A stretch of 58,840 bases of DNA, counting the filler, from Sphacelaria rigidula (Eukaryota), in assembly GCA_964200075.2 (NCBI GenBank). It is 6 parts of 6 records of this genome, joined end to end, with 100 filler letters (N's around TTAATTAATTAA, not from the genome) between each part and the next. Parts side by side here need not be neighbours in the genome. Positions count along the whole stretch, not along the records: positions 29,474 to 39,196 come from CAXNAA020007892.1; positions 39,297 to 49,018 come from CAXNAA020007893.1; positions 49,119 to 58,840 come from CAXNAA020007894.1; 3 more parts are not named here. One strand, written 5' to 3'. The translations under genes and the position numbers were made by a program. Under the pieces are notes generated by a model. It was not told the origin of the DNA. It was given only the letters and a program-made list of their open reading frames with translations, and did no database searches. This document shows, in pieces, positions 36,606 through 50,243 of the stretch (positions are counted from its first letter, which is position 1; each line of letters begins with the position of its first letter).

Positions 36606-37211
36606 TGAACATACTATTAATTGATCAATATTACCCGCAGCGCTGAATCACAGGACTGCATGAAGCCTGCAACAGTTGCTCGTCAACAATTATTGTGGGT
36701 GCCCGCCTGCGAATTTCTACGTAGCTACTCATGAGTGTGATAATCAACCCAGATCCACCACGATTGAGCGGCTATGAGTGAAGCTGCATGCTAATGTGTT
36801 TGCATGAGGCCACCAGACGGATGCTCCGTCAGTTCCCGTTGACCATCTATACTCGTGCACACTCCGACAATCAATTCGAAGATGACCGTCTACCTGTCCG
36901 CGCGCTATGACCGTCCCGGGGGCAGGGCTGCATTCTTCTGGTATTGAGAGTCCATGGGTTCCACACATTCCTTTGCCGAGATTTACACCGGAAATAATCT
37001 GATGAAAGTTGTTGGCTTGTAATGAACGACTCGTTTGTTTATCGTGGAGACTATGTAAGTTGCCAACATACAAGTCGGACATCGAATGGATGAATGAAAA
37101 GTTGTATGAACCAAATATATATATATATATATGCTTGCACCATACAGCGAACAAGCAGGATTTGATTGCATACAGGAAAATGGGCGAGGACGAAGGCTCA
37201 AGATGTCAAGA

Positions 37212-37540
37212 CCATGTGTTTTCGAGCAGGTTGACAGGTGGCCAGGAGGTTCCCATGTGTTTTCGAACAGGGTTACAAGAGATCCAGGAGTTTCCCATGT
37301 GTTTCCGAACAGGTTGACAGGAGATCCAGGAGCTCCCCATGTGTTTTCGAACAGGTTGACAGGTCGCCAGGATTTTCCCATGTATTTTTGAACAGGCTGA
37401 CAGGGTGCCAAGAGCTTCCCATGTGTTTCCGAAGAGGTTGACTGGGGTGCCAGGATTTTCCCATGTGTGCCCGAACACGTTGACAGGCATCCCGGAATTC
37501 CCATGCTGTCCGAACAGGTTGACATGGGGCCAGAATTCCT
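37212..37540. repeat. ~40-bp minisatellite, about 8 units
   Basis: Consensus CCCATGTGTTTTCGAACAGGTTGACAGG.G..CCAGGA.TT, head to tail. Confidence 0.9.
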
Positions 37541-39196
37541 TTGGGAGTCCATCAATTTATACCTACCTGTCCCCGATACGTGATACCATGGCCAAATGCA
37601 CACGCGTGAACCTGTTTTGTCCGATTAAATTGCTGTTCCTTTCGTTCTCCTTCCCCTTCCCCTTTATTTGTTTTGTTCGTGATCGTTATACTGGTGAAGC
37701 GCTGCTATTCGTGTTACTGGTTCCATCGTCTCTTCACATGAGTCTGTTTCGCTCGAACAAACTCCTGTTCCCCTTATTCATCTTTCCTTCCTGGTGTCCA
37801 CTTTCGTATCATGATGAAAAAGTGATGTTGTCTGTTCTATTCCATCGTGTGCTTATGCCGTTGATGACTGAGAATGTTTCATCCAGACACCACCCTCGTG
37901 ACTCTTGAATCATGGAGATTATCATATACTGCAATGAATAATCCATAATTATTTCAATCGGTGTTTTTACATCTATGTGGCACGTGCGTGCCGGTTTAAC
38001 GTGTCGATTGTCACATAGCCAACCCAGAATCGGTCAAGAATGAGTGGAAACCCCCTGAACCCTCGAGTCCAAACCTTCTACCCGGCGGGATCCGTCCAAC
38101 AGCCTCCCGTACAAGCACCTTCCCATGCAGCAGCACGTTGACGCACCCTTCCACGCGGCAGAAGGTTGCTGCACCTCCTCAACAGCACCAATCTTTTGTG
38201 CGTCCGCCATTGCAGCAGTTTTTCTACACTCCGACGATAACAGCAGTGTTTTTGCGCCTTTGCAAGAAAATGCCGCTGAAGCGCCGCAAATGAATTTGTT
38301 TAGTGCTCCTGACCAACGGTTTGCACGACCGATCTTTCATCCATTTTTCTTCAGCGGATACTTCCAGTAACTGGGTCTCCGTTGACATTGTTCACCCCAA
38401 GCCAGGCGCGACCAGCAGTGTACATATTCCATGCTCAGCTGCTGCCGCCGCTGCCGCCGCCTCTGTAACATCGATCTAGGGACTAGGTTCCACCTAACCC
38501 GATGGGTACACATACAAATATTTCACCCGTCCGGGGCTACCCCTCCTTCGAACGCCATTTTAGCCGAAGCGAGTAGGAACGATGCACAGCAGCTGTGGGT
38601 ACAAGCTGAAGTTGACACCACAGCAAAAGTAGCCACCGCTCACCAGTAACGGTGTTACTGGGCACCGGGGCGGGGGGGGGAGCTATGCATCGAAACAGTG
38701 GTGGAGGTTGCTGGTAACGTGGGGCAATATAACGAATTTTGAGGTCTGCTAACCGTAGTAACAGTAAGATACTTCAGATGAAAATTCTAGGGTCAGCGGT
38801 AATTCCTATTCTTTTCCGCACAAAGGATAACTTATTAAAGGTATGGGTCCGGGTGGTCCATGGATTACCATATGGATTTATTTAGGCAGCGAGTTTCTCC
38901 AGGAGAGACAAGACCACGTCATCTTTCGAAGGGCGATCGAGATTTCAGCTCTCGCCGGAGGCGCCGTGAGTACGGTTCGTGTCTAATAGTCCCCCAAAAC
39001 TCGGAGCTGTTGACACCGACCACCTCACCAGCCAAGGAGATTCAGCAACTTCGAACCTCTTTCGTGCTGTCAAGCCAAGCGCGCTTGGTGACGACTCGAC
39101 AGTAAAGTTGTCTGGTTGGAGCGAACTGGCAGCATCGAATGAGGTGTGGAAAAGCCTTGGAGTGACGTGGAGGACGATACTACGCTGCAGTGGCTG

Positions 39197-39296
39197 NNNN
39201 NNNNNNNNNNNNNNNNNNNNNNNNNNNNNNNNNNNNNNNNTTAATTAATTAANNNNNNNNNNNNNNNNNNNNNNNNNNNNNNNNNNNNNNNNNNNN
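39197..39296. other. Artificial scaffold-joining spacer
   Basis: 100 bp N-TTAATTAATTAA-N. Confidence 0.98.
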
Positions 39297-39634
39297 GGTA
39301 TGGGCGCCATTGGCCGGTTTAATGAATGCCGTGGTTATTGAAGTACTGCAATGGACAGTTGCGATTGGTCACCGCCCCCCCCCCCCCCCCTCCCTCCCAA
39401 TGAAGAATAGCGAAATTCGTGGCCTGTGTGGGTTAACTCGTGACTATTGCCTGACCACGCGGACAGCCCTCAACAAGGTATAGAGCTACCACCCAACGTA
39501 CCCGTTGTGTTGCAACCGACTGATATACAAGATATACAGTCCACCGGGAAAAAAAACAGCTTCACCTGACACGACGAATTATTTCTTGACATCTTGACAT
39601 GGTCCTACTCCTGACAAAAATAAGTAAAACTCAC

Positions 39635-42600
39635 TGGTTAAAGTGTCGTTGAAGCTGCTCATTGGCATAGTTGATAAGTAACTGCTCCAGGCTGTTGACA
39701 TTGAAGTGCTCGAATCCGTAGATGTCCAACACGCCAATGAATCCCCACTCGTCGCTGCCAACACATGAGTATACAGAATAGAAGGCATACGGTCGGCCAA
39801 CATATTGGGAAAAAAAAAAACGGTGACAACATAGTACAGACAAGATCCGGGGGCATTTTGACAGGCTACTGCCATCCTATGAAGTGCTCATTGGCCATCA
39901 ATAACGCCTACAAGTAGACATCATCGTCACGACTTCGGGTTCTCCCAGAAGGCACCTCGCATGTGCAGCAAACATACATAGGACAACCCGCACCGCAAAG
40001 ATGAGCTGACGGGGCGAGACACGACGCGCGAAGGCACCGAAGCAGCAAGCCGCACTCCCGCGATGATAGCCACACTCTTTTCTTTTTTTCATCAGTGCCA
40101 TTGACTTGCGGTCACGCTGACTTCTCAAGAAATGCAAGGGTCAAGTCAACAACGTCGAACATCAAGGGCCGCGTTGAGCATGCTACTACAGCTACTGACG
40201 AAGATGCATATCGAGCTTCACGTTCACCATGATGGCCATCAAGGATCACGTCGACGATGCCAGCCATCAAGAATCCGGTTACCTATCAGGCGCAGCGATG
40301 GTGGTGTTGAGCCTGGACACGAGCCAGAGAAAGAGCTGACTGTAAAGGGCTTTCCCCAACGCACCCGCCTTGTCGTGTGCCTGCTCCTTGGTCTGCAGCA
40401 TCGTGGTTGATCCCCGGTGTACCTGGTCATCATCCACATTACAGCCGCCAGAGAGTCAGTGAGTGTCGAGGGGTACAAATCGGTGGCTGGCAAACCATGC
40501 GCTTAATCGCAGACAAGGCCCTCGTCATCATATCAGTGCTTGGTTTCGATCATGATCGCGGGTCTCACAAGAGCATCCCTAGTCCAAAATAAACGTGAAA
40601 GCTTAGTAGTAGCGCGAACCAGGCGAGCAAAACTGAGGTAATTTTATATTTTCTCTAGGATCGGAAATACAACAATTACGGGGCGAAGCAACCGCGCATC
40701 TCGACTGCCACCAGACGTTCGCCGCATGCTGTATTCGTGCTCGTTATCTCCATAAAAATCAAGACCCACCGACATGGTCTTGGACACGAGCGCCTTTTCC
40801 AATTCGTCGCACTCCACGCCCAGGAGCTCTGCTGTCAGTGTGAGGGAAGGTCTGGTAGCTTCCTTCACCTCACAGCCCTCTCCCTCGTTGGCTAGCACGC
40901 CCATAGCAAGTGCATGAAAGCCGAACGCATTTCAAGGAAACCGAAGGTGCAAAATAGCTAAGCCAGAGCGCAACGGAATGTCAGCACCACCTCCACGTCT
41001 ACTCTCGGCATATCAACCGTACCGATGCAAACGAAGCACGTACAAATGAGCTCGGCTAGCAGACCTGCAACAGCCAACAGGCTTGGCACCATCATATAAC
41101 TGCTGTGCCGTGGCCACGCCAACAGCGGCCAGCAAGCTGCCACCACTTACAACAGAAAACCGCGCATTCAGAGCAACGATGAACCCTTCAGCACGACGAG
41201 TGCCACTCTCCCTTGGTAATCTTGACGAAAATGAATCCACTGCACTCCCTCCATTCCGGAAAGCTTCACATACATGACGATAGACACACGAGTTTTGCTT
41301 TTACCGAGGGCAAGTATATTACCTATTATTTTCTGCCTAGAGTACCTGAAGTGGTGGACATCTGACTTTTTTTACCCATGAAACGAACTATGACCTCCAA
41401 CAGGGGGTATCGTTGGGACGTCACACAAGATGGCACACGAAGCTAAGCGGCTTTGACCCAACCTCTATCTCGAGTCATTCAATCAACTCTTCACCAAGTA
41501 GTGCAAGTGACCAGAGTAAATCGCGATCGAAATATCCACGGTTGTGTTCCGCGGGTATACAACAATTCGTACTCTTCAGAAGACAACCTTGGAAAATATA
41601 CAACTCCGACTACTTATAGTACAACAGTCGGGTAGCGCGTAACGTGCAACACCTCTCACGGCTCGAATCGTGCCACCGAGGCGTAGCACCAGCGTGGTAC
41701 CAGGAATCGCAACGCCGCTGAAGCAAGGAATGATGTACACCTTGTACGTTCGGCTCACCAGATACAAATCCCACGTTGAGAAGGTGCAGCACAGCGGCCA
41801 GCAGCTTGAATATCCCGCCCTGCTTCGTTTGATCGATACCTATCTTCACCAGACACGCTTTCGTCACCTGTTTGTGCGCACCAGCCACCGAGAAAAAGGA
41901 TAAGAACAACACACACGTCGCGTAGCAGTAAGTCCGCCAGCGCTCGTACCGTGAACGCTGCAGCATAGTAGATCTCGCACACGAAGTATTTGAGGGCTAA
42001 ACCAGCTGCGACCATGTCTTTCGCAACCCCTTAACTCCCCGCTGAAACCATCACCAGCACCCTCAACTGCAGCAAGCTACAGAAAATGACCCATGACCAC
42101 ATTGCCGAGGACACTTCAGCACCAACACTCGCTACCCAATACGTCTTGCACCAACTGACACCGAGGACTAAGCCCAACTGCCGTCGCCACCGAGGACTTC
42201 GTCAGTACCCGCCGATCCTACGATACACCCAACATACCTTTCACTCATCCATATACCCTGTCCGCCTGTGACGACCGTTCTTACGTTCCCCATAGCCCTG
42301 CCCCCTTCACTATAGCAACACCCACCAGTTCGCAGTATATTTCACGTTGAACTTAGGTTTTTCCATATAAGTACTCGAGTCCACTAAATACCGTGGATAA
42401 ATATGGAATCAACGTGTTCAAGTGTTCGGTGTAGGGAACGGTGCCCCTTCGGATAGTTTGGAGCAGGCATCGTGGAATTCTCAACGCGATTTTCGATGCT
42501 ATAGATACCCTGGGATGCTAAGTATCGTCCGCATTTTCATGAACTGCTGTTCCCGCTGTTTTCTATATCATGAAGGTTACCGTAACCCACGATTGTCGAT

Positions 42601-45600
42601 GTCGAACTACGAGTACCGTTTACCTCGAACTCCTCGGCGTCCCTGGCGACCGACGTGGATCCTTTGAGGCACTCGAAGCCAGCGACACCCTTCTCCAGCT
42701 TGAGCGCGTTTTTCACAGGAGAAGAGGCGCCAGCCAAAAGCTGGTAGAATACATGGTAGCTCCTCTCTCGCTTCGCTTGGTTCACGATGCGAGTCTTCTC
42801 CAACAGATAATTTTCGATCTGCGTGTTTTGGTTGGTAGATCATGATTAATTTCGATCAACACCCGAAGGAGGATGAAGATACTATGGTGTTCAAGGCACC
42901 CAAGTTAGGTGCGTGACCTGGAAATCACAAGTAGCCTGTCGCAATTTTCGGGGCGAGATTACTCTGAGGCAATGAATGCAATGATCCGACAGAAAGTGGA
43001 CGAAGATCCCAACCCACATATCTTCGCACCGTAGACGAGATTTGCTGACCACTGTACTCCAGGTAAGTCAAACACGACAATTCCAAGGTTTTTTCTGTCC
43101 TATACCCCGTTGGATTTTATATCATAATGCAATTATATTTCAAAATAATGAATTGTATATTATAACGCAATTTTACAATAATCCCAAAACGATTTTTTTG
43201 AGTGTATTTCCAACAGAAGTCTCACCTGGGCACCAACGACCCAATCCCTCAGTGGCACACAAATTTCAACAAATCACTAGCTATTCCGACTATTCTCTCA
43301 GTTCATTGGAACGCCAAATCTCCCCGCAGATCAACCTCAAGCAGTACACTGTCATCATGTGGAAAATGGCAGCTTTGGTGAAACGACACACAGCTGGATG
43401 TGTGTTGTGTGTCGTCATCCCATCTATTCTGGACGCCGGTTTACACCTTTCGGTATACGTGGGCGCACCAGCCGGGTTCACATACGAGGAAGGCCAACAC
43501 AGGAGTTATTTTTTCAAAGTCCTCCACCTTCCTTTTGCGGTGCTTGTCTTTACTTTTATGGCGAGAGGGGTTCGGCAGTCCTTTTCTGTCATCGATCGTT
43601 TAGTCGTTTGTTGTTTTTGTGCCCCGTGTAAAGTACACCCGGTGCGAGACTCATCGTGTACGTATTAGCACGGGTCATATCAACGTATGCCTTGTGAATA
43701 GGGCTGGGTTCCCAGTGGATCAGTTGATGTTCAATTAACCAATCAGATCAGACTCTGCTGCGCACGGCATGGTCACCAGCTTTGCTGCTGCTGGACTCTG
43801 CGGTGATCAGAGTTGGGTATCGGTGGAAGTAGACAAAATAACATATATTGGAAATCGGTGAAGCCGATATATTGAAAAAACATCGACGTACAATGCCAAC
43901 ATACCGGCGGGCGCAGCGGGCAGGCCACCGGAGGCAGAGAAATTGGGGTATTTCCTTTTCATTTCCCATCAAAATTGGACCCGAAGTGTATTGTACCACC
44001 TTCCCCAAGCTCTTTGTTCAACAATCAGTCCGATTTCTGGATGTTCGACACAATAAATGAAGGATTGGGGAAACCGTAAGGTTAGGTTTAGAGTTAACCC
44101 TTACCATATCGAATGGTGGTATCAAATGTATCAATCCGTGGCCGACACACATCCTTAGCAATGATATGTTTGAAAAAATAATTGTTCTCATCACAGACGA
44201 GATACATCAGTTGCATCTCTCTGACCCGCGGTGGAAGGGCGGACCCGTGAGAAGCTTTCAGCAAGGTAGACTATAGTACAGTAAAATGCCTTATCCGGTG
44301 CTTTCCGTCGAGTATTCACAACGTCACATATTATGTATGGGTCAAGTGCCCTATGTATGAAATACGTGTACCCTACATGAGAATTCTTGGTGTACCGGGT
44401 TGATACATACCTTATATGGGACGTATACTACATGGAGGTGTACCCTATACTCACAGGAAACCCCACTGGACACGAGTCTGGTGGTGCGGGCCCCAGAATA
44501 CACTAGACGGTTTCTTATTGTCATTAGGAGGAGTACTTGCAACCAAGGAGGTCTTTCACTCAGCTGTAGCGACCGGATATCGGCGTGGACCTTCAGTCGT
44601 TAATACGAAGAACTATTCCCATTAGAGGGGCCTGGCGCCCGAGGGCCAATACTCATTAGTCGCATATGAATCCACATCCACATCCCACCTGAGCCCCCCG
44701 AATTCTGCCCTTCTTGTCGAACTGGATCTTGATGAATTTTCCGAAGCGGGAGGAGTTGTCATTTTTCAACGTCCTCGCGTTTCCGAAGCTCTCCAAGAGA
44801 GGGTTGCAGCTTAGCACCCTCTCCTCCAGCTCGCCCACGTGAAGGCTACCACCCCCTCCCGCTGCCTTTCCTCCCGGCGAGCTCTTCTTCATCGATTGCT
44901 CGCTCGAATCGCTGCGTTGCGGACAAAAAATGCGTCATGATCCATTCGTGGCACCACCAAAGCACAGGTAGGTGAATGGACGACCGACATGATCGGGGAA
45001 GGTGGTCCAAGACACCCCGACGGGCAATGTGCATGAGTGAGCACGTGCGGCAAGAAAGACGGAACACGGCTACAGTACTCCGCTCCCATGGGTGGGACAC
45101 GGGAAGTACGAATGACCTCCAACAGCAGGTGGCTTAAAACAGTGAGCTAGTAAGCCAACGCTCCCAGGATCAAGATCATGTGTAGAACGCCAAGTGAGTG
45201 AAAAGCCGGGCATGGTTTGGTCGAAGAACATGCTCACAAGAGGATTACCTAGAGGACGGTCATGATCAGCACACCTTTTCCCGTGGGTATAAACTAAACA
45301 AAACAAGCCAGTAGAAGAAACAAAAAAACAAATGCGTGGGTAAGACCGATTTACGAGCAAGCCGAGATACCGTACGGTACAGGGACAGAACTGCTGAATT
45401 ATCAATCAGCCGACATGGGAACCAGAGCAGCGCCCACTGCACGGGACACGGGACTCACCCTTCCGAAGTGATCCTGGCGAGATACTGCATGATGATCTTG
45501 GTAGCCTCCGTCTTCCCAGAGCCGCTTTCGCCGCTGATGATGATGGACTGATTGCATTGGTTGGAGGCCCTTGATGTCCTCTCCTGCATGTCGTCATGTG

Positions 45601-48496
45601 CTTCAGTACTGGCGTTCAAATGCCCTTGCACCTGCCATGCCATGTCATGCAGAATTATCGACCAAAACGAACACACATGAGACATGACACAAAAACGTGA
45701 AACAAGCGTGTCAAAGTAAGAAAGAAAAAAACACCCCTCGCAGTCCAGACGCGGAATTTGAGAGTCGGCGTACAAGCCTTATATTATTCTAGTCATACAC
45801 CCCCCCTTTTTTTCTTCCGTTCCTTCTTTTTTTCTCAGAGCGTGTTTCATTTTCGTTTTTCTTGGGTACGTCCATCATAAGACCACGGCTGGACCCCTGG
45901 GGGGTTAATCAAAGTGCGACAATCAATCAATCAATCAATCATACGAATCTCCCGACCTGTAAGGTTCGTAAGCTGGCGTGAATTGTTTCTGTCAGCTTGT
46001 CGCTAAAACGGTTTCAGTGCAAAAAATGCAGAGACAGCACCATCCTATCGTGTATCTCTGCTGGATCGTGTGAAGTCGTGGCGCATCTTGAGCTGACTTC
46101 AGTAACATGGGGAACGTGATGTCGGCAGGGACGATCAAGGCTCAAAATGAGGTTCGCCCGACATTCGGCTCTTAACATTTTTGTGCCCCCCAACAATCAC
46201 GGCCAAAACTTCGCATTTTTTCGATTCATCGGACATGTACACAGCATTATAATATGTGCCGTCACTTCCCTACTAAATTGGAATTAAATGAGATCGGACT
46301 AGGCTCAAAATCACGACTCGCACGTGATGAAGCCTTCATATCGCTACGCCTGAAGAAACTCCATCTATTTCAGCTACGGCACGAGACACGATCCTTCGCC
46401 GACTTCCAATTTCAACGGTAGCAAGAGGGGTGCAGTATGAACGATTACAACAGCCTCAACACACACGAAGCACTACATACATAAATGCAAACAAAGCATA
46501 CCCTGCACAATGGAACACACAGTCAAAAACTGTACTGCATACAGTATCGACTATTGCGCCTAATGCAATAGACAACAGATTCCACACTATACGCAGTACA
46601 TTTTTTGACGATAAAATATCTTGTCCAGGGTGTGAAACAAACAAATGCCCCAGCCAAGCTTCATAACACACGCACCAGCTGCGAGTAGGCGTGGTCCGCC
46701 ACTCCGAAGAGGTGGGGAGCCAGTTCCTCCGCCTCCACCGTGGAGGCTTTCCCGTGGTACGCCATCATCGCAGCCTCGGTGTAGAGGCCCTTGATCCACT
46801 TGTAGGGATTAATGGACATCAGCACCGGTCCCACTCGTGTGTACACCTACGCTCGTTCGAAATATACAGTGTCCGCAAATACAACCAATACAACAAATAC
46901 AACAGATACGAATAGGCGGGACGGTGGAACAATTCACATCTAACCTCCAACCATCAGCTGGTTTTTGTGTGAAAACTGAAGCATGAGAGCGGCAATAAGT
47001 GTCTGCCGTAACTGTCTGCCGGACCACAACGGAAAAAACGCTTCGGCACAGGCCAGGCGCTCAAGTTCGAGGGTCAAAGCTGGACCATGTCATCGTAGTA
47101 CAACGACATAAATGCAGCAAGACTAGTTTGCTTGAGGGGGCGTGCTCTTTGATAAGCCCGAGTGTTTCATTCCCAAAACCCAGGCAGAAAGTACCGGAGG
47201 TGACGAGGAATGTCACTCCCGAGGAGAAAATATTGTTGTCGCTTGTTTTACATCAGCGTTGTTCATGTTCGACATTGACTTTTTGGAGGAAAACCAAGAC
47301 CCAGCATTCCGGAGAGAGATCTTGTCGCCGCTACAATCTCGAGAAGAGCTTTTGAAGCAGTTGTTAGACGGGGGGGGGGGGATGGGGGTTTACTTCGTCA
47401 ACTACCGCACGGTGTGGCTGTGGAGTGAGCTCAGCTGCGCCTCGCCATGCTGGATGTGAAATAAAAACGATCTAGTAGTAGATCCAAATACAACATCCGC
47501 GGCAGATGAACTAGGGCGTGTTTTCGTCTCTTCTCACCAGTTTCATTCCTACACGACTTTCCGACCCGGCGGTCTCACCAGATTTTCATACTCCTAACAG
47601 TGACACGACGTTGACATCGCATGGATTGCATAGCTAGTATTGATGCGGCTGTCCAAGAAGAAACGCCTGTGGTGATATCAGAGCGAAAAACTTACTTCTA
47701 CAGGGTATCATACACTGTCGAGTACAAGCACAATCAATGCGTCGACCATTACCATGTTTGAGCCGCCTTTGTTATTTTCACTTTGCCAACATTCCTCATC
47801 ATAACAAAAGTAACTTCAGTCCAAGTTCATGCCGAGTCATGTCTGCTGCAGTGGACAACAAACACACAGCAAGAGCAAACTTAAAAAAGGTGACCAAGAG
47901 CTAGCAGCAAGGGATAACAGGAGGGTGAACAAAACGCGAGCATCATGCATGGGACCAAATCCCGGCATTACTTTTACCGTGGCAGGATTGTCGCGATCAT
48001 ACTGCTCTTGTTCCTGCCACCTATTTTCTCGGGCCGCAAAAAACACACTCTGCCTCGATATACATGTGCAGATTGGGGGAAACACCTCAAACCTGTACGA
48101 TCACAATGCCCAAATTGAAGTACTGTGGTGTCACTACATTGGGGTAGGGCTGGAGCTGAAACTAACGCCTACCTGCTGGTATAAATAATTCCAGGCTAAA
48201 AACCGACGGATATCTCATGCAGTGTCAACTTTTTTCTGTCTGGGGAGACATCAGTTCAAACCTAAGGCCTTGACGTGGCGACGAAAACAAAGGCGGAGGA
48301 AACATTGATAAACTGGTACATCACTTCACTTGAAGATTATTAATAACGCAACGGGCAAGAACTGACCTCGTCCCGGCTGTACCGCTCTCTGAGCGTGTGC
48401 AGCAGCGAGGCATCGCTCAGGTCCGAAAGACTCATGGCATCTGGCACGCCCTCGAGCGCCTGGGGATTGACCGTCCGCAACTTCTCCGCCCTCACC
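39635..48496 (-). CDS. Myosin heavy chain, N-terminal half of motor domain (partial at both ends)
   Basis: Phase-consistent GT-AG exons: 48496-48367 ([28 protein letters not shown]), 46846-46676 ([27 protein letters not shown]), 45631-45459 ([20 protein letters not shown]-loop), 44911-44689 ([23 protein letters not shown], switch I), 42818-42624 ([18 protein letters not shown]), 41867-41759 ([10 protein letters not shown]), 40891-40770, 40422-40283 ([19 protein letters not shown]), 39754-39635 ([10 protein letters not shown], switch [18 protein letters not shown]). Confidence 0.96.
43385..43625 (-). mobile_element. 5'-truncated SINE body in myosin intron
   Basis: Matches the body of 18865-19088. 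Its GTGTGT..GTCATCCCATCTATTCT end recurs at ~53985-54020. Confidence 0.65.
45800..45941 (+). repeat. Retroposon-like 3' end with (ATCA)n tail
   Basis: ...CCACGGCTGGACCCCTGGGGGGTTAATCAAAGTGCGAC followed by an (AATC) tandem tail. The family is not identified. Confidence 0.4.
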
Positions 48497-49018
48497 CTTC
48501 AAGATCAAGGTGGACAAAAAAAAGGTATGAAACAGGGCGTTCGCGTGACGTTGACAGAATCGGGAATAAGTTGAGCGAAAATAGGATAACGTGTTTCGAC
48601 AATGTAGGATAGCGCGTGCACGTCTTGACGTCAAAGATGACTGGGGAGGAAAGCCACGTATGATGTACGATGACGTCCTTGAGGCGCCCAACGGATACCC
48701 TACCCTTCCTCAGTCGGCGGCAGAAACACTTGTTGTGTCTTGCTATGCGGTTCGCGATCCAAGCATTGCCGTGGTGGTAGAGAGCGCCGCAACGTGAGGA
48801 TTGTGTGCCCGCGGCGGGGGGAGGGGAGGATCCAACGTGTTACTATAACTATGTGTGTTGTACCGAACCACAGATCAATATTTCGAAGTATCCATTTTCG
48901 GTTATCCGAGAGCGGGACGAGCGGGGCGACCACAGTGAGCGAGCGAGCACGATGAGTTCCGATACCCCCCCCCTCCCCCCCCCCCGGGGGTTGAGAGAGG
49001 GGATAGGGATGAAAGCTT

Positions 49019-49118
49019 NNNNNNNNNNNNNNNNNNNNNNNNNNNNNNNNNNNNNNNNNNNNTTAATTAATTAANNNNNNNNNNNNNNNNNNNNNNNNNN
49101 NNNNNNNNNNNNNNNNNN
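49019..49118. other. Artificial scaffold-joining spacer
   Basis: 100 bp N-TTAATTAATTAA-N. Confidence 0.98.
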
Positions 49119-50243
49119 TTCCCCCCGATTTTTCAAAATCGGGTTCCAAAAAAACCGGGATTCGTTTGCCATAGAAGTGGGTCTTACGCCAAAAAAAAAG
49201 CAAGTCAACTGCCAAGATTCCCGATACAAGAATCTTACGCAGCTCATGTATCTTTCGACGATTCGACAGGGATTAGTACTGTATTTTCAGCACAAATCAA
49301 GGGTTATTTTGCTTGTGGATTTCTCCGCCGTGTCTATTCTATCAAGCCTGAAACTTGGCACAGAGGTAGACCACAACACAGACAGCGTATTCCCGGAGCG
49401 GCGGGAGGTTTTACGTGGTGCGCTAGACGCACGAAGCAAAATACGGATTATGGGCAATGCCATCATCGATACGCCCTCGAACCAGAGAGCGTGAGACGTC
49501 AGTGGATGCATATGTGGACACGCAGATACGCTCACGTCTTGCTGGGTGGCTCCTGCTCCGGCAAACGAACACATCGATCCGTATTGCGCACACTCTGGAT
49601 GATGTCATTCTATGCGGTACCTATATTGGTATCGCCTGTAGAGGTGCTCACTTCAGGAGACACGGCCGTGCAAGCGCTGCCAGTGCTTTCACGTGCTGGA
49701 ACTCCGACCACATGTCATGTAGACTTCAGGCAACAACTCCATCTTGCTGAATCTGGGGTTGCGCGGCGTACGCGTGCGTATTCGGGCGAAAAGATGTCGG
49801 ATTCTGTTCCGATTTTTTTTTTCCTTTTGGTGTAAGACTATCCGAGACTACTCTACTTAATAATGGCCCACCCTTACGGTTGGTCACTCTTACCCCCCCC
49901 TGTCACTTCATTCATATAATCCGCACCCTGGTGCCTCCCTCCCTTTAGCGATAGAGTGATGGGTGGGCCATCATAAAATCGATCAAGTGCCAGGGACTAC
50001 TGTACTACTGAGACTGCTGGCTTGTCGCTGTCTTGGTCGTCTGGTCTCGAGTAATACTGTCCGCTTCTTCGGTGCCCTTGCACCAGACCAGTCTCGCTCG
50101 CGTGAACAACACTCTGCGACAACAGTGGCGCCTTAGCTCCCCGATCCCCTATGTTATTTTTTTCTAGTTCGGCATACGCTAGAATACATCCCTTATGATT
50201 CGTCATCCGCCAACACAAACCTCGCACTCTTGCAGAATACAGC

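Noticed and set aside
37212..37540. CRISPR-like array
   Set aside because: The units are contiguous with no unique spacers, there are no cas genes and the context is eukaryotic; it is a minisatellite.
12704..48496. AMT, TPR and myosin as a functional gene cluster
   Set aside because: They lie on three unrelated scaffolds joined artificially.
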